A program made the translations under genes and the position numbers. The notes under the pieces were generated by a model. That model was not told where the DNA came from. It saw only the letters and a list, made by a program, of their open reading frames with translations, and did not search any database. Of a stretch of 64,000 bases of DNA, positions 14,441 to 27,771 are shown piece by piece (within the stretch, counting starts at the first letter, position 1; every line of letters begins with the position of its first letter). The stretch is from assembly GCF_009914755.1 (NCBI RefSeq), contig NC_060926.1; one strand, given 5' to 3'. Origin of the DNA: the human T2T-CHM13v2.0 reference genome, Homo sapiens.

Positions 14441-14779
14441 ATCATTATTTCTATTAAATATTTATTTAAATCACGGAACTATGCTTGGTTCTATTTCTCA
14501 CCTCAATGAATTCTCTATGATCCATCGCGAAAATAGATTAAAAACCCAGATAAGGTGATAAAATTACTGTTCACCTAAGGAAAGGCTCATAAAACTGGCT
14601 TATTTTGCAGATGTTTCTTCAAGGCTGACTCTTAACAACTAATCGAAGGCCGTATTGTGAACATTGTTACTACACATGGAAAATATATTTTGAGAAATAA
14701 ATGATAAAAGTTGTAATGTGAACCCTGAAATCATAACAATTAACTTTAAAAACTCTGTCACATTAAAATCTACTGGTCT

Positions 14780-14985
14780 TAGACACTGGGGACTCCAAAA
14801 CATGGGAGGAATGGAGGGGGAAAAGGGTCCAAAAACTACCTGTCAGGTGCTATGTTCACTACCTGGGTGATGGGTTTAGTTGCAACCCACACAATACATG
14901 ACAAAGCCCTCAGTATCACACAATACATCTATGTAACAAATTTGTACATGCATCCTGCCCTCCCAAATCTAAAATAAATATAAAA
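14780..14985 (+). mobile_element. L1 3' end (L1PB/L1PA16-like)
   Basis: 'agacactggggactccaaaa...aaaaactacctgtcaggtgctatgttcactacctgggtgatggg...atgtaacaaa...tctaaaataaa'. Confidence 0.8.
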
Positions 14986-14996
14986 AGGGAAAAGTG

Positions 14997-15341
<345 letters not shown>

Positions 15342-15663
15342 TCACCGTAGAAATGCCTTAAGAACTTGATCCATATATGTGCTTTTGCCTCTGAGTCCAA
15401 ACCTATTTGTCTAAATACCACATTTTGGGAGTTTGGGGGAACAGATTTCAAACGATGTGGAGACAAGCACTGAGAAAGACCACCACAGAGCGAAGGGGAT
15501 CTATACACACAGACAGGCAAGCACAGTGTTGTCTCTGCCTAGGAACAATCCCTCCAACCCGAGGAGAAATCCTAGGTCTCATTTTAAAAATATCCTTCAG
15601 AAAAGAAATACCTCTTCAACCCACACAGTTCCCAATGAAGTCCTATGCAAAAATGCTTCTTAC

Positions 15664-15718
15664 TAAAATAAAATAAAATAAAATAAAATAAAATAAAATA
15701 AAATAAAATAAAATAAAA
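15664..15718 (+). repeat. (TAAAA)11 pentanucleotide repeat
   Basis: Read directly. Confidence 0.95.
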
Positions 15719-15719
15719 T

Positions 15720-16562
15720 TTATCGGTCTATCTTGAGCTCTAAATGAATCTTTTACACATGAATAATTTTTTAACATCATGCATCGGTCATTTAGAAAAT
15801 CTTGGTTCACTGAGTTGTACTGATTTTGCAATATAACATCGTTCATTATACGACATTTAAAAAGCCCACATTCATTAACATTACCACTGATCTCATCAAA
15901 AAAATTCTTTAAGTATTTAAGTTAAAGTAGTTGTCAAACTCCTGGTGGCAGATACAAGTTTTCTAAGTTCTAATTTTTGCTTAAAAGCTCAAATTTTATC
16001 ATTAACAACAAACACTGTCAGTTGTTTTCCTTGAAGTGACAAGTTCACTCCATTCATTTCTGGGAAAAGGTCTGTCAAATACTCAAGTTTGAAAATCATA
16101 GTCTGTCTCTTACCCATTCTTTAAAGTGAAATAGTGTTTCGTGAATAAACGTAGCTTTTCTCAAGACAACCATCCTACCTGAACAGGCAGAAGCGCCTTG
16201 CACATATTTCATATTTATAGAGTATTAGAAAGCACATACTCCACTGTTGAGATTTAATAAAATTGGTAACGTTTGTTACTTCATCAAGGACATTCTTAAG
16301 TGAAACTGGCATTTTTTAAAAACTGGGTGTTCGTGGCAGAAAAGAACAAAATGACTGCTAATAGCGTTTGGTAGCACCGCTTTGATTCCTGCTAAGTTGC
16401 CTGCAGTACTGTCATCCATTGTTTTTACATCTATCTAATGTATTATCAACACAGTGAAAAAAGACAAACAACATTTTTGTATTATTATGAAGATAGTTTT
16501 GATCTTGGGTATGCATTGTAGGCATCACTGGGCTTTCAAAGACTCTACCTGGAAAATCACTG
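15720..16562. mobile_element. Charlie1-family hAT DNA transposon fragment
   Basis: 'catcatgcatcggtcatttagaaaatcttggttcactgagt...gcagatacaagttttc...aaacactgtcagttgttttccttgaagtgacaag' matches Charlie1 as recalled; ends 'gaaaatcactg'. Confidence 0.8.
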
Positions 16563-16574
16563 CCTTAGGTAGAT

Positions 16575-16710
16575 TCCTTCACCTCTGCATGCCTCAGTAT
16601 TCTCATCTGTAAAATGGAGAGGATTCGCAGTACATGTCCTGCAGGGATGTGGTGAGGACTAACTGGAATAAATCATGTAAACAATGAAGAACAAAGCTGG
16701 CCTATGGAGA
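16575..16710 (+). mobile_element. MIR core fragment
   Basis: 'acctctgcatgcctcagtattctcatctgtaaaatggag...ggatgtggtgaggact'. Confidence 0.75.
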
Positions 16711-16962
16711 TGCCATCTATGGACTGGCTATAAGGAGATCAGACATCATTTGAGGCTCTTGGTTAATCCAGGTGTGACAAAAATCACCATCTTAGTGGTT
16801 TTTTTTTTTTTTTTAAAGAGCATTTATCAGCTATCTCCACTGCATTTATCAATTATGTCCACTGAGAACATTCCTGGTTATTTTCCTGAGATTGTTAGAG
16901 ACACCAACAGGTCAGAGACTCTTTCAAATGCCAAAACAACTAGACTTCTCTTTAAGAAGCTG

Positions 16963-17263
<301 letters not shown>

Positions 17264-17699
17264 CTACTCACTGTAATTTCCCCTGATGTGGCCTGAGAAC
17301 ATTACCTAGCCCACTTCTGCAGACTTCAGAGCATGTCTTCTTAGGGGCTGTCGCTCAAAAACACTGGAGGAAAAAGGTGGATGTTTATATTCATGTCCTT
17401 TTGTGTGTCTGTGTTCTCAAAATATTGTGACACCAAGAGACAGAAGAGAAATTGCCTGGTCCCTGAACCTGATGTGCAATGTCAGTTCTCTTTGGTTCAA
17501 CGTGGTTTTCAAAAACGGACAGACTCTAAACAAAGGTATCTGTCCCTTTAGTCAACGAGACAGGGAACTGATTTGGGGGGTTGTTTTTTCCTAATGATAC
17601 TAGGTTGAATTTTTAAAAATTAAAGCAGATGTGGATATATTAGGAAGTAAAATAAAAACTTGTGTGATTTTTTTAAGACAATTTTTTTTTTGACTAAAG

Positions 17700-18135
17700 A
17701 AACAGAACTTACTGAAATGTATGATTCTGGATCACAGGGCAGAAGGTTGGGGCATGGGAAGAGCTACAAGAATCTTCATTAAGAAAACTGGTGAAATGTG
17801 AATATATTCTGTGGATTATATAATAGTATTATATCGAAGTTAAATTTCCTGAATCTGAATGATTGTCTGTGTTTATGTAAGAGCTTGTCCTTGTTCTTAG
17901 GAAATACATTGAAATATTTAGCAGTAAAGGGGCATGATGTCTGCAAGTTACTCAAAAATGATTAGGAAAAAAACATTAGAGTGAGACACGGAGAAAAAGA
18001 AGTAAATATGGTAAAATGTTTAAAATTGTGGAATCTGAACAAAGCGTACATAGGAATTATTTGTATTATGCTTGTAACTTTTCTGTAAGTTTGAAATCAT
18101 AAAATAATCAAAATAGAAAGTTTTAAAATGTCATT
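17700..18135 (+). mobile_element. L1ME-type 3' UTR fragment
   Basis: 'aaaactggtgaaatgtgaat...gttaaatttcctga...gtccttgttcttaggaaataca...taaaggggcatgatgtctgcaa'. Confidence 0.7.
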
Positions 18136-18389
18136 TAAAAAAAGGACAAGACATTCTTTTGAGTTTCTTGTGTCACTTATTAATGACAGTGCTCCCCAGG
18201 CAATTTGCTCCCTGCTTATCTGTTTGGCCTTGTCCTGTACCATCTCCTTGTCCAGCTCAGAGCACTGCAACCTCTGGGCCCTTGTCTCTGACCCTCAAGT
18301 GGGCCCCGATCTGCCCCCGAGGCCTGTGGTTCTGGGTGCTCCCTAGTCCTGACCACTCTCCAGGCTCTCCTCCTCCAGGGCTGCCTGTT

Positions 18390-19930
18390 ATCACCACCTC
18401 AGAGGCCTTTCCTGATCCTCCTATTTAAAGGAGTCCCCTCACTTCCACTTCTGTCACTCTTTATAACCACTTCTATTTTATTTATCTTTCAAATAATATT
18501 ACCACTGCCCAAAATTGCTTTATTTACAGTTATCTATCTTCCTCCAACGGATTATTCTCCATCTGGGTAGAGACCTTGCATTTTTGGTCGCTACCACTTG
18601 TGCTTGGAACATTGTAGGCACGCACTAGATATCTGTTAGCTGAATGAATGAACAGATGTCCCCAGGATCTGGCAGTGGGCATTCAAGCTCTTCCTCCACC
18701 AGGGGTACCGGGCATGGCAAGTACTCAATATAGATGTGTTGATTGAATGACAATATGTGAATGAGTGGATAAATTAGAGAAAGTTTCTAATTCTAAAAAG
18801 GACTAGTTCTGGAAGGCCGGTGAGCTCAGGGATTATACAGAGAAACCCACATGCAGCCTGGCTCAATACGGTCTCCCAGGCATGCACTTTGACATTTACC
18901 CTCCAAACAGCCCCAGTCTGGCTTTTGTTCCATTGCTCCACAAAAGCCGTCCCTGCGAAGGCCATTCACGATCTGCATGTTGCTGAATCCAACAGGCTTT
19001 TCCATCTTTCCCTTCCATGTCACTCTAAGCAGCACTTGACAGAGTGGGCCCCTCCCTCCTCCTTCAGTGACTATTCCTCAGGCTTCTATGGCACTGGCGA
19101 CTTCCAGTTTTTTCCTGATTCTCACTCTCCTCTGCCAGCTCCTCTCCAATCACTTAAGATCCCTAGGGGTTACAAAGAACCCAGTCCTGGGCCTCCTCCA
19201 CTTCTCACTCCATGCTCACTCCCTAGGACATGCTATGAATCCCGGTGGCTTTGAAGACCATTTGTATTCTAAGTTGAGTCCTGAATGTGCATCTCCAGCC
19301 CAGATTTGCTGGCTGACCTCCAGGTACCTTTATCCAACCGCCTAGCTGATACAACCATTTGGATATCTCACAGAAATCTCAAAATGTCTCAAGCTGAACT
19401 CTTGATCTTTGCTGCTAAACTTCTCCTTTTTCCATCCTTCCCGCCTCAGGGAACATCCACCTTATAAACCCCCTGGATCTGTCCCTCTCACATTCACTTC
19501 ATCAGTAAGTCAGGACAATTCTGCCTCCAAAAGATATCACACATCTACGATACCCCGATCCATCTCCAGTGCTGTCACTGTATCCTAAGGTACCATCACC
19601 TCTCCCCCGGCCTGTGTCCCACTTTCCATTCTCGCTCAACTCCACTCTTTACATAGAACCCAGAGGAGTCTCTGTAAAAGAGGAATCAGATCATGTCATT
19701 CCCCTGCTTGAGATTCTCCAACGGCTTTCCATGGCCAGTAGAATAAAAACAAAAATTCTTAACATAGCCTAAGTGGTCCTATACGATCTAGTGCCTCCGC
19801 ACCCTCATGCCAAAATACTTTCTCTTGGCTCACGAAGCTCTAGTAACATGGATCTTCCCTCAGTTTCCCTAAAATATAAAGACTTCTCCTACCCCAAGTC
19901 CTCTGCACATGCTGTTTCTCAACCTGGAAC
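18390..19930 (+). mobile_element. L2 LINE fragments (ORF2/3' region)
   Basis: L2 hallmarks 'tgaatgaatgaa', 'ccatttggatatctcacagaaatctcaaaatgtc', 'atcagatcatgtcattcccctgctt' and 'ctctgcacatgctgtt'. Confidence 0.7.
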
Positions 19931-22900
19931 GTATTTCCTCCAGCTTTTCAGCTCTCTAAGTCATCCACAGGCTCTCATTCATATTGAAAGGTTTTAAGAA
20001 GGAAAATTGCTTAAAGTCGAGTTGGATTTTATAGTGGCAAAAGAGTGGAAACTGAATTGGAGTGTTGCTGGACATAAGGGCAGGTTGGTAGAGTGGGTGG
20101 AGGCTACTAACGCTGAGGGAGAGAGGAAGATAAGAAGGTCTAACCTAACAACATTTCCAGGACAGTGAGGAATACACAGATTCTTGGGAAATTCCTGTCT
20201 CCCACCATTCTTGGGAAACATTCCTTAAGGACAATCATGGGAATCAGCTGGACATGGTAGCCAGCATGGAAATGCTGAAGATGCCCTCTCAGTTTCTGGG
20301 TTGGATGAATGACTCGTCAAACAGTGAAGCCACTGAGAAGTGGGATTGAGGGGGAGATGTAATCGGTATGAAGGGCAGGAGGAAGATGATGAGCTCAGTT
20401 TGGGGCATGCATTTGGGATGCCAGGGGGCCTTCAGGTACAGATGTCTACCACCTGCTGTGATGGGGACTTGGGAAAATGCTAACAATTGGAATCACCACT
20501 ATGAGAAATGAGACTGAAAGTGATTAGAAGCATGAAGAAAGAGGCTGTGAGGCCCATGGGTGGTGAAAGCCATTACAACTGATGGCAGCATAGACAGGGA
20601 ACCTCCTTTATGACGAGACTGTCACTGGCACTTTATTAAAGACCATCATTCTATAGTCAGAAGTTCAGACCATGTTCACAAAACACATGAAGCCAGGATG
20701 ATTATTTTTGGAATGCAATGAAAAGATTAAATGAAAACATAAAACTATTTTATGAGCATAATATACTACTTTGTTTAGAAAAATATATACTGCTTGTTTG
20801 TTACTAGTATGAAGGTTGCTAAATAGAGACTAGACACTATCTAGACTCTAGGTGTTAATTTTTTTCCATTCCAAAACAAAGTAATTCACAAAAACGTGCA
20901 CTATTCATTCATGCAATAAGTATTACTAAGTCCCACTGTGGGCCAGATGCTATTCTAGGTGCTGGAGAGAGAGTAGTAAGAAGTACTGAAGGCACTAAAA
21001 AAATGCATGTTGGATGAACACATCAAATCAAATCACTCTATTATTACATCACACCCTCAACACTGCTCCCCAGTTCCACAGACATGATACTATCAGTCAG
21101 CTTACCTTGATTAGTAATCATTAAATGTTGCAGAAACACCTAACAGTTAAGTCCTATGTTGAAAAAAAATAGACATCCAATAAAATGCAAATTTGTGGTA
21201 AGCAGTAGGAGAAAACAAGAAGCGGAAAGAGGAAGGTTGCCTAACCTCGATGGCAATATTCTCTAGGTCATCCGTGAGCTTTGAGTTGTGAAGAAAAATC
21301 CAGGCAGGTCAATTTGACCTTGGAACAGAATTCTTTTGGTTGAATGTTAAGTGGCTAAATTACAACTTTGGGGAGAAACAGTTCTTGCAATGGAACGCTC
21401 TTCCCTGCCTGATTAGACTTAATCAGACTTTTTTGTACTTTAGGGTCAGGGAAAATTTTCAACCTGTAATCATGTACTTATTGGGACACACTAAGAGTTC
21501 ATGATGGATTTTTAAACACCCAGAGCCTTCCAAATTAACTCAAAGTCTCATGATTTCTCCCTTTAATATGTTACTTTATAACAAGTAGATTTTAATAAAA
21601 ATTAAGGGAAAAAAATTTCAGGTTTCTGCCAGGAGGCACTGACTTGTATTTCTTCCAAGTCTCATGCTCTCTGGGGGTATGCATCTACTGAATTCATAAA
21701 ATAAAAACATAGTAAATGGTAAATGTAAATGTAAGAAGAGGTAAGACATTTCCATCAATTCCCTAAGAAAACTATCACCAAACTCTTGATTTGGAAATAA
21801 TGAAGTCTCCCAAGTAAAAGTAAAAGGAGGGTTGGCTAGGGGATTCCCAATGCCTGCCAACAAAACCTGGTTTAGACTTTCTGTTTTAGAGCATTCTGGC
21901 CAATAAACTTCACAGAGATTTAAACAATAGCCCTTTGGATTCACTTTGGATTCCTTAAGTCCATGGACTGTCTTTCAAATATCTAAATGAAACTAGACAG
22001 AAGTTAGAAAAAAAACAACTAGATAACCCTAAGGCCACAAAATTAGGTAACTTCAGAGAGAAGATGTCAGAATTTTTTTATGTGCATCAAGTCTATACTC
22101 ATGGGCAGCCCAGGAATCTGCGGGTAAGAAGCACTGAAGTGATAACTCATAGGGTTGAAAAAAATTCCGGAGCTGATCACGGTGAAGGAAACATAAAGCA
22201 CGCAGTTCTAAAACTGTTTTCCAGATTGTATTCTTTAACAAAGATACCTATTATTTATGCTTTTGAAAAAAGTCAGTGACGTCCCTACACAGTTCATAAT
22301 GAGTTCTGCAGATTCATGGAATTCCTTTCTTGAAATCATTTCCTTTCCCTGAACTTCTATGTTTATACCATCCATAGTATCACATCCATCTTCCAGCTTA
22401 TTTAAATTCTGACTGTGAACAGGGACCATGTTTGTATCTTCTGGGCTGTGCTCATCAACTTCCTAGTAGCTCCATAAACGTGTATAACAACAATATTAAT
22501 AATATTAATGAAGCACTACATTAAAAACTACAGCGTGTGTATCAGTATTTCTTCTATTTCCTTGAGGTACAGCAAGCAACCTTTGTAGAATTTCTCTATC
22601 ACCTCGTGGGTAGGAGAATGAAAAGAGTTTCTCTGTCAAGATGATTTGGAGCTTTTGGATAGTTTGCTCCAAGTCAACAGGGTATAAAAGAATGGTCCTT
22701 ATACTCTTGTGTATTTTGCCAAAGGCAGCAAAATAAATTAGTCATCATTTCACACGTGGCCAAGTTCACAAACCATCACATCTTGCCAACGTGCCCAAGG
22801 ACCATATCTGTGCTCTGCGACCTAAATACAGAAACCCTAGTCTTAATGTCCACCACTTTCTTGAGTATTTTATGTCCTTTTTGATTACTATTAATGTCCA

Positions 22901-25123
22901 TGGGAACAGATAAAGTAGCTACAAACTCTTTTAACAGGTATGAGTATCAGCTATCACTGTAACTTTCATTAAAATATAAAAACAGTTAAAAACCAAACAG
23001 AGCATCACTTTTTAATATTATCTAAAATAACAATAAAGGTGGTCAGATGGTTACGTGTTCATTTAATTGCTAATGAAGCCAGACCAATAAGTCAAAGCTG
23101 GATTCCCTGTAGAATATCGATTTGAAGTATTAGCAGCAAGGATCGTTTGGTAAGACAGATTTAAAATAGGAGTAAAGATTTTACTTTCCAAGGATTCATC
23201 TTTGAATTCTTGTGGGTGGTTGTTTTATTTCCAGCCTGCTAAAAACCATAATATCACCTGAAGCAAGCAGGCATGAGCCTGGAACGGGAGTGAAATGACA
23301 ACGAAACATTTGTACATGTTATTAAAGCTAATGAAGCAAGACACGCACTGCCTGGTTTTGTGTCACGCGCCCCTGGAGAGCCCAACTGTGTTCTGGGGCT
23401 GGCTGTGGCATCTCCCCAGGATATGGCTCACCCTGAGGCCTCTGATTCAGCGGCAGAGCTGTTTTTCCCCTCGGGAAAGACCAAACAGACACCTGACCTT
23501 TTATAAAACCTCTAGGATGAATCACAAGTAAAGTTCTTTGGCATTCTGAGGTGGTGGGTGGAAATCAAGGCTTGACAGGCGGCCATGGGATGGGCAGCGT
23601 GGGCTGGCGCTATGGGCTATGCCATAGCGTGGAGAATCCCTCACACTAGGACCCCTGGCCTGCATGTCATCTGGCATCCAGAACTCCCACTCAATTTCCA
23701 AAAGGTGCTACCCACCCTGGAAAAAAATCTAGCCCACTGAGTAGCTGGGAAAATCCACAGCCAGGGAGACAGATGGCTCAGGAAGAAGCAATCTGGAATA
23801 ATAGTGAGGGTGTGGGAGTTGGAGTGTAGGCTGGGCAAGGAGATCAGAGAGGAAAGAACGGGCATCTGTATGTGGCGACAGATGACGGAGTGCTGTTTGG
23901 GACGAGCAGTTGGAGGAGGCAAAGGAAATGGAAGTAATGTACTTATGCATAAGGGCTGTATCATAATTAGGAAAATTCCCCTTCTGTCTACCCCGCAAGT
24001 CCCACTTGGTTCAGATGGGGGCAGACAGCAGAGAGCACTTACTTCACGGAGGAAGCAGAGGCTACCCGCTATTCCAACAGGCTTTCTATTTCTGATAGAA
24101 ACAAATCCAAACTGAGCTAATTTGTGTACAGCTGCAGGCAATATAAACACGGCTATTTAGAATTCTTTATAGAGTATAGGCCTTTGTACTCTATACTTCA
24201 TGGAAGTTAATAAGTAGGTGTCAAACTCTGAATTAAAATTCCCAGAAGAGGACACAGCACAAAGGACAATAAAAATGATTTTTAAATAATCATAGGGATA
24301 AATAGCATCCACTTCTGACAAATGTAAGTGCTGGCATAAAATGTTATTAGGCTACAGAGATTGTCTTTTGTTCAGGAAGTATATTTTATTCTCCTGCCTC
24401 ATCATTCATCATCCTAATGAGCCCTCAAAATGTAAATTAAATAGCAAAGATGGATTCATTTGAAAAGCATCTTTTCAAAAAAAAAAAAAAGCTAGGTGTT
24501 AAACCATTTTTTCTACTTTTATTCTATATATTGTTTCATTTTTTCATTGAAAAAAAGCCCTCAGTACTTGAACACTTTATGGGGTAAGTTCATGCAATTC
24601 ATATTTTCAGTAAACAGTTCATTCATTCTCCAGTACTATGGGATTGGTGATTTGAAAAGAAAAAAAAAATCGCATTTTAAAATGGTATGCCCTGTAAATG
24701 ATGTTTGATCCGGAAAATCTGAGAAACCTGTGCATGCATTCACTTTTTTGTTTTATTCAGAAGTGATTTGGTCCAGGGAAACCCTCAATGGAAAAGGATT
24801 AGTGAAAATTTCAAACAGCTTTAGTTTACTGAACTGAATGCATTAATGGCTAAGCAAACACCAGTTCAACCATTAATGATAAAAGAAGAAGGTCATGAGC
24901 CAAATTAGTTGCAATTTCTTGTTATGTATTGATAAGAACATTACCCGTTCCTATGATGAATAGAGAAATCAGGGTTTTGTACTTGACCTGAATTTATGCA
25001 TGAGCACACACAACAGAAGTGACTGAACAGCTCTGCTGGGGAGGCACCCAGGAAAAACACGCTGGGAAAGGAAAATAGCAGCAAATCATGTCTCATTTTG
25101 GCATGATTGGTCCTCATTTGCCT

Positions 25124-25124
25124 G

Positions 25125-25156
<32 letters not shown>

Positions 25157-25157
25157 T
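25124..25157 (+). repeat. (CT)n microsatellite, interrupted
   Basis: Read directly. Confidence 0.9.
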
Positions 25158-27239
25158 CCCCCTCACTCTCCCCACCCTCTCTCACTGCAACCCATAAATC
25201 ATTCTTCGCATTCTTTGGCTGTTCCTGCTTATGTGAGAGAGCTCAGCTCCCAGCTCTCTGTGGGTGAACATATATAAAATGAAGACACAAGTAACTGCAC
25301 TGTTGAGGTTTGCCTGATGTCCAGGGAACAGCCATTAATCTGCACAAGGGGGTTTCAAAAGCCCCACTCTGCCGAATAAATTATCGTTAACCAATCTAGG
25401 CATTCTAAAGACACTATATTTTTATGAGGTCAAATGTTGCAGAAATATCCCAGAGGGAGGGTAGAAACTATCCAGCTGTGAAAGAAGCTAGTGACAGCAC
25501 TGCACAGAAGCCTGGGGGGTCCTGCAGTGGCTACAGACCGGCTGCAGCCCTGGCTGAAGCACATCCTCAGTCTGCCTGGTTCATGAGGACTGCTGCATTT
25601 GGGAAGCACTCATCCCTCACAGCAGTGCCCAATGCAGGCTCACCTCTAGAGAAGGGGCATCTCTCTTGGAAGGTCTGGCTGATGAAAGAGCATATCATGA
25701 CAGACAGGAGCTCATGGTAAAGCCTGCATAATCCACTGGCCATCCTGTTCCAGTTTACTTACTCAGTTATTTTTAATGGAGAATTTTCTTTTTAATGTGA
25801 CAGAACTGAACTCAATGCAAGGCTCAAGGCTGTCGTCATGACAGTTGCCCACATAAAGAAACTGTAGTCTGGGCCCAAGGCATGGCCCTAGCAATTTCCC
25901 AGTAATGCACATTTTGACGGGCACATCAATTGGTTTATGATGTAAGAACAACACTAATTAGTGAGGAAGAAGCCAATGTCCTGTGTTGATAGGGCCCGGT
26001 GCAGTTTAAGTGATGAAGTGAACGTTACTTCTAACAAAGGAAAACAAGGTATTATTCTGCACAGATATTTAACTCTGAAGAAGTGTTGAACAATGATAGA
26101 TGTATTTTAAAGTGGAATTGAAGCTTCATCCACAGTTTAGGAAGAGAACTGGCTAGGATATCAATAAATTGTTTTATATTTGACCCCAGGCAGGAAAAAC
26201 AACATGCAACCCAGGGAAGGGATGGTGCCTTGCTGTGAAATATGTGCATTTTAACCTTTGCAATATGTTAATAATTAATATGAATTCACACCAATACGAT
26301 ATCTTCATAAAAACACAGAACTCTCATGTATAAAACCTTTCAAGTATAAAAGAAATAAGCTACCCCCTAAAGGTTTTCTGAAAAAAATTCCCATTAAAGA
26401 AGGTTCTCACAGTCTGAATGTAGAGACTTTTAACCAGACCTAAAATTCTTGCGAATAAGCCCCATGCTATATGACTGACAGCACCATTAAAAACGCTAAA
26501 AAATAAAATACACGCTTCATTAGTCTCCCAGCTGAACTCAGAATCTCTGGCCCAGAATAAATCTTAGCCTTTAAGAATAAATTCTCTTCTGAATTAACAT
26601 CTCAGAGTCATTAATCTTTGGAGTGACCCTTCAATTTCATTTGGAGAACTACTACATTCCTCAAAGGTCTTTTTTCTTTTGGCAAGCCATGATTTCATGG
26701 AGAGAAGGAAAATAACATGATCTTTCTTTTATCATTTCCTCATTCTCGCCCTCAGGGTGGCTTCTCTTCCCTTCCCAACTGAAACATCCTAAATCTAAAA
26801 TCAACAGAGAGCCTTCTACTGAGTCAGCAAGGAACTAAAATTTAACTTTAGGGATACGTGAAAATAAAAACAAGACTAGGCAGAATTATTATTATACATT
26901 TCAGGAAGAAAGGAAGCATTATCGTGAACACAATTTTACCAAATTAAAAATGGTACAGACTTTATTCTCTATTTCAGGGGCCTTGTTTATTAAGCAGACA
27001 GAACTCTGCTTGATTATTCCATGAAGTCGCCAACCATTAATCATGCACATTTGTTTAACAGGTCAAATGAAGAGAGGAAATTTGTGTGCAGTCACGGCAA
27101 ATACTGCCTCATTTTACCCACTGTGATACTAAAGGTACAGACATCATGTTGTAACTACATTAGGAGAGATTGGTCCATAAAGTAATTTGATTATAATTCC
27201 TTCTTGAGCAGACAACTATTTTTGAAAAGCAAATAACTA

Positions 27240-27771
<532 letters not shown>

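Noticed and set aside
23113-23149. Plus-strand 37 nt candidate micro-exon reading EYRFEVLAARIV
   Set aside because: Weak polypyrimidine tract, frame-shifting length and no partner exons; the resemblance to an FN3 strand is probably chance
23641-24150. Longest ORF in the window (169 aa, minus strand)
   Set aside because: No recognisable domain, non-ATG start and no splice support
23608-24195. Short hairpins (cgctatgg/ccatagcg at 23608; tatagagta/tactctata at 24168)
   Set aside because: 8-9 bp stems occur by chance in 64 kb; no ncRNA context
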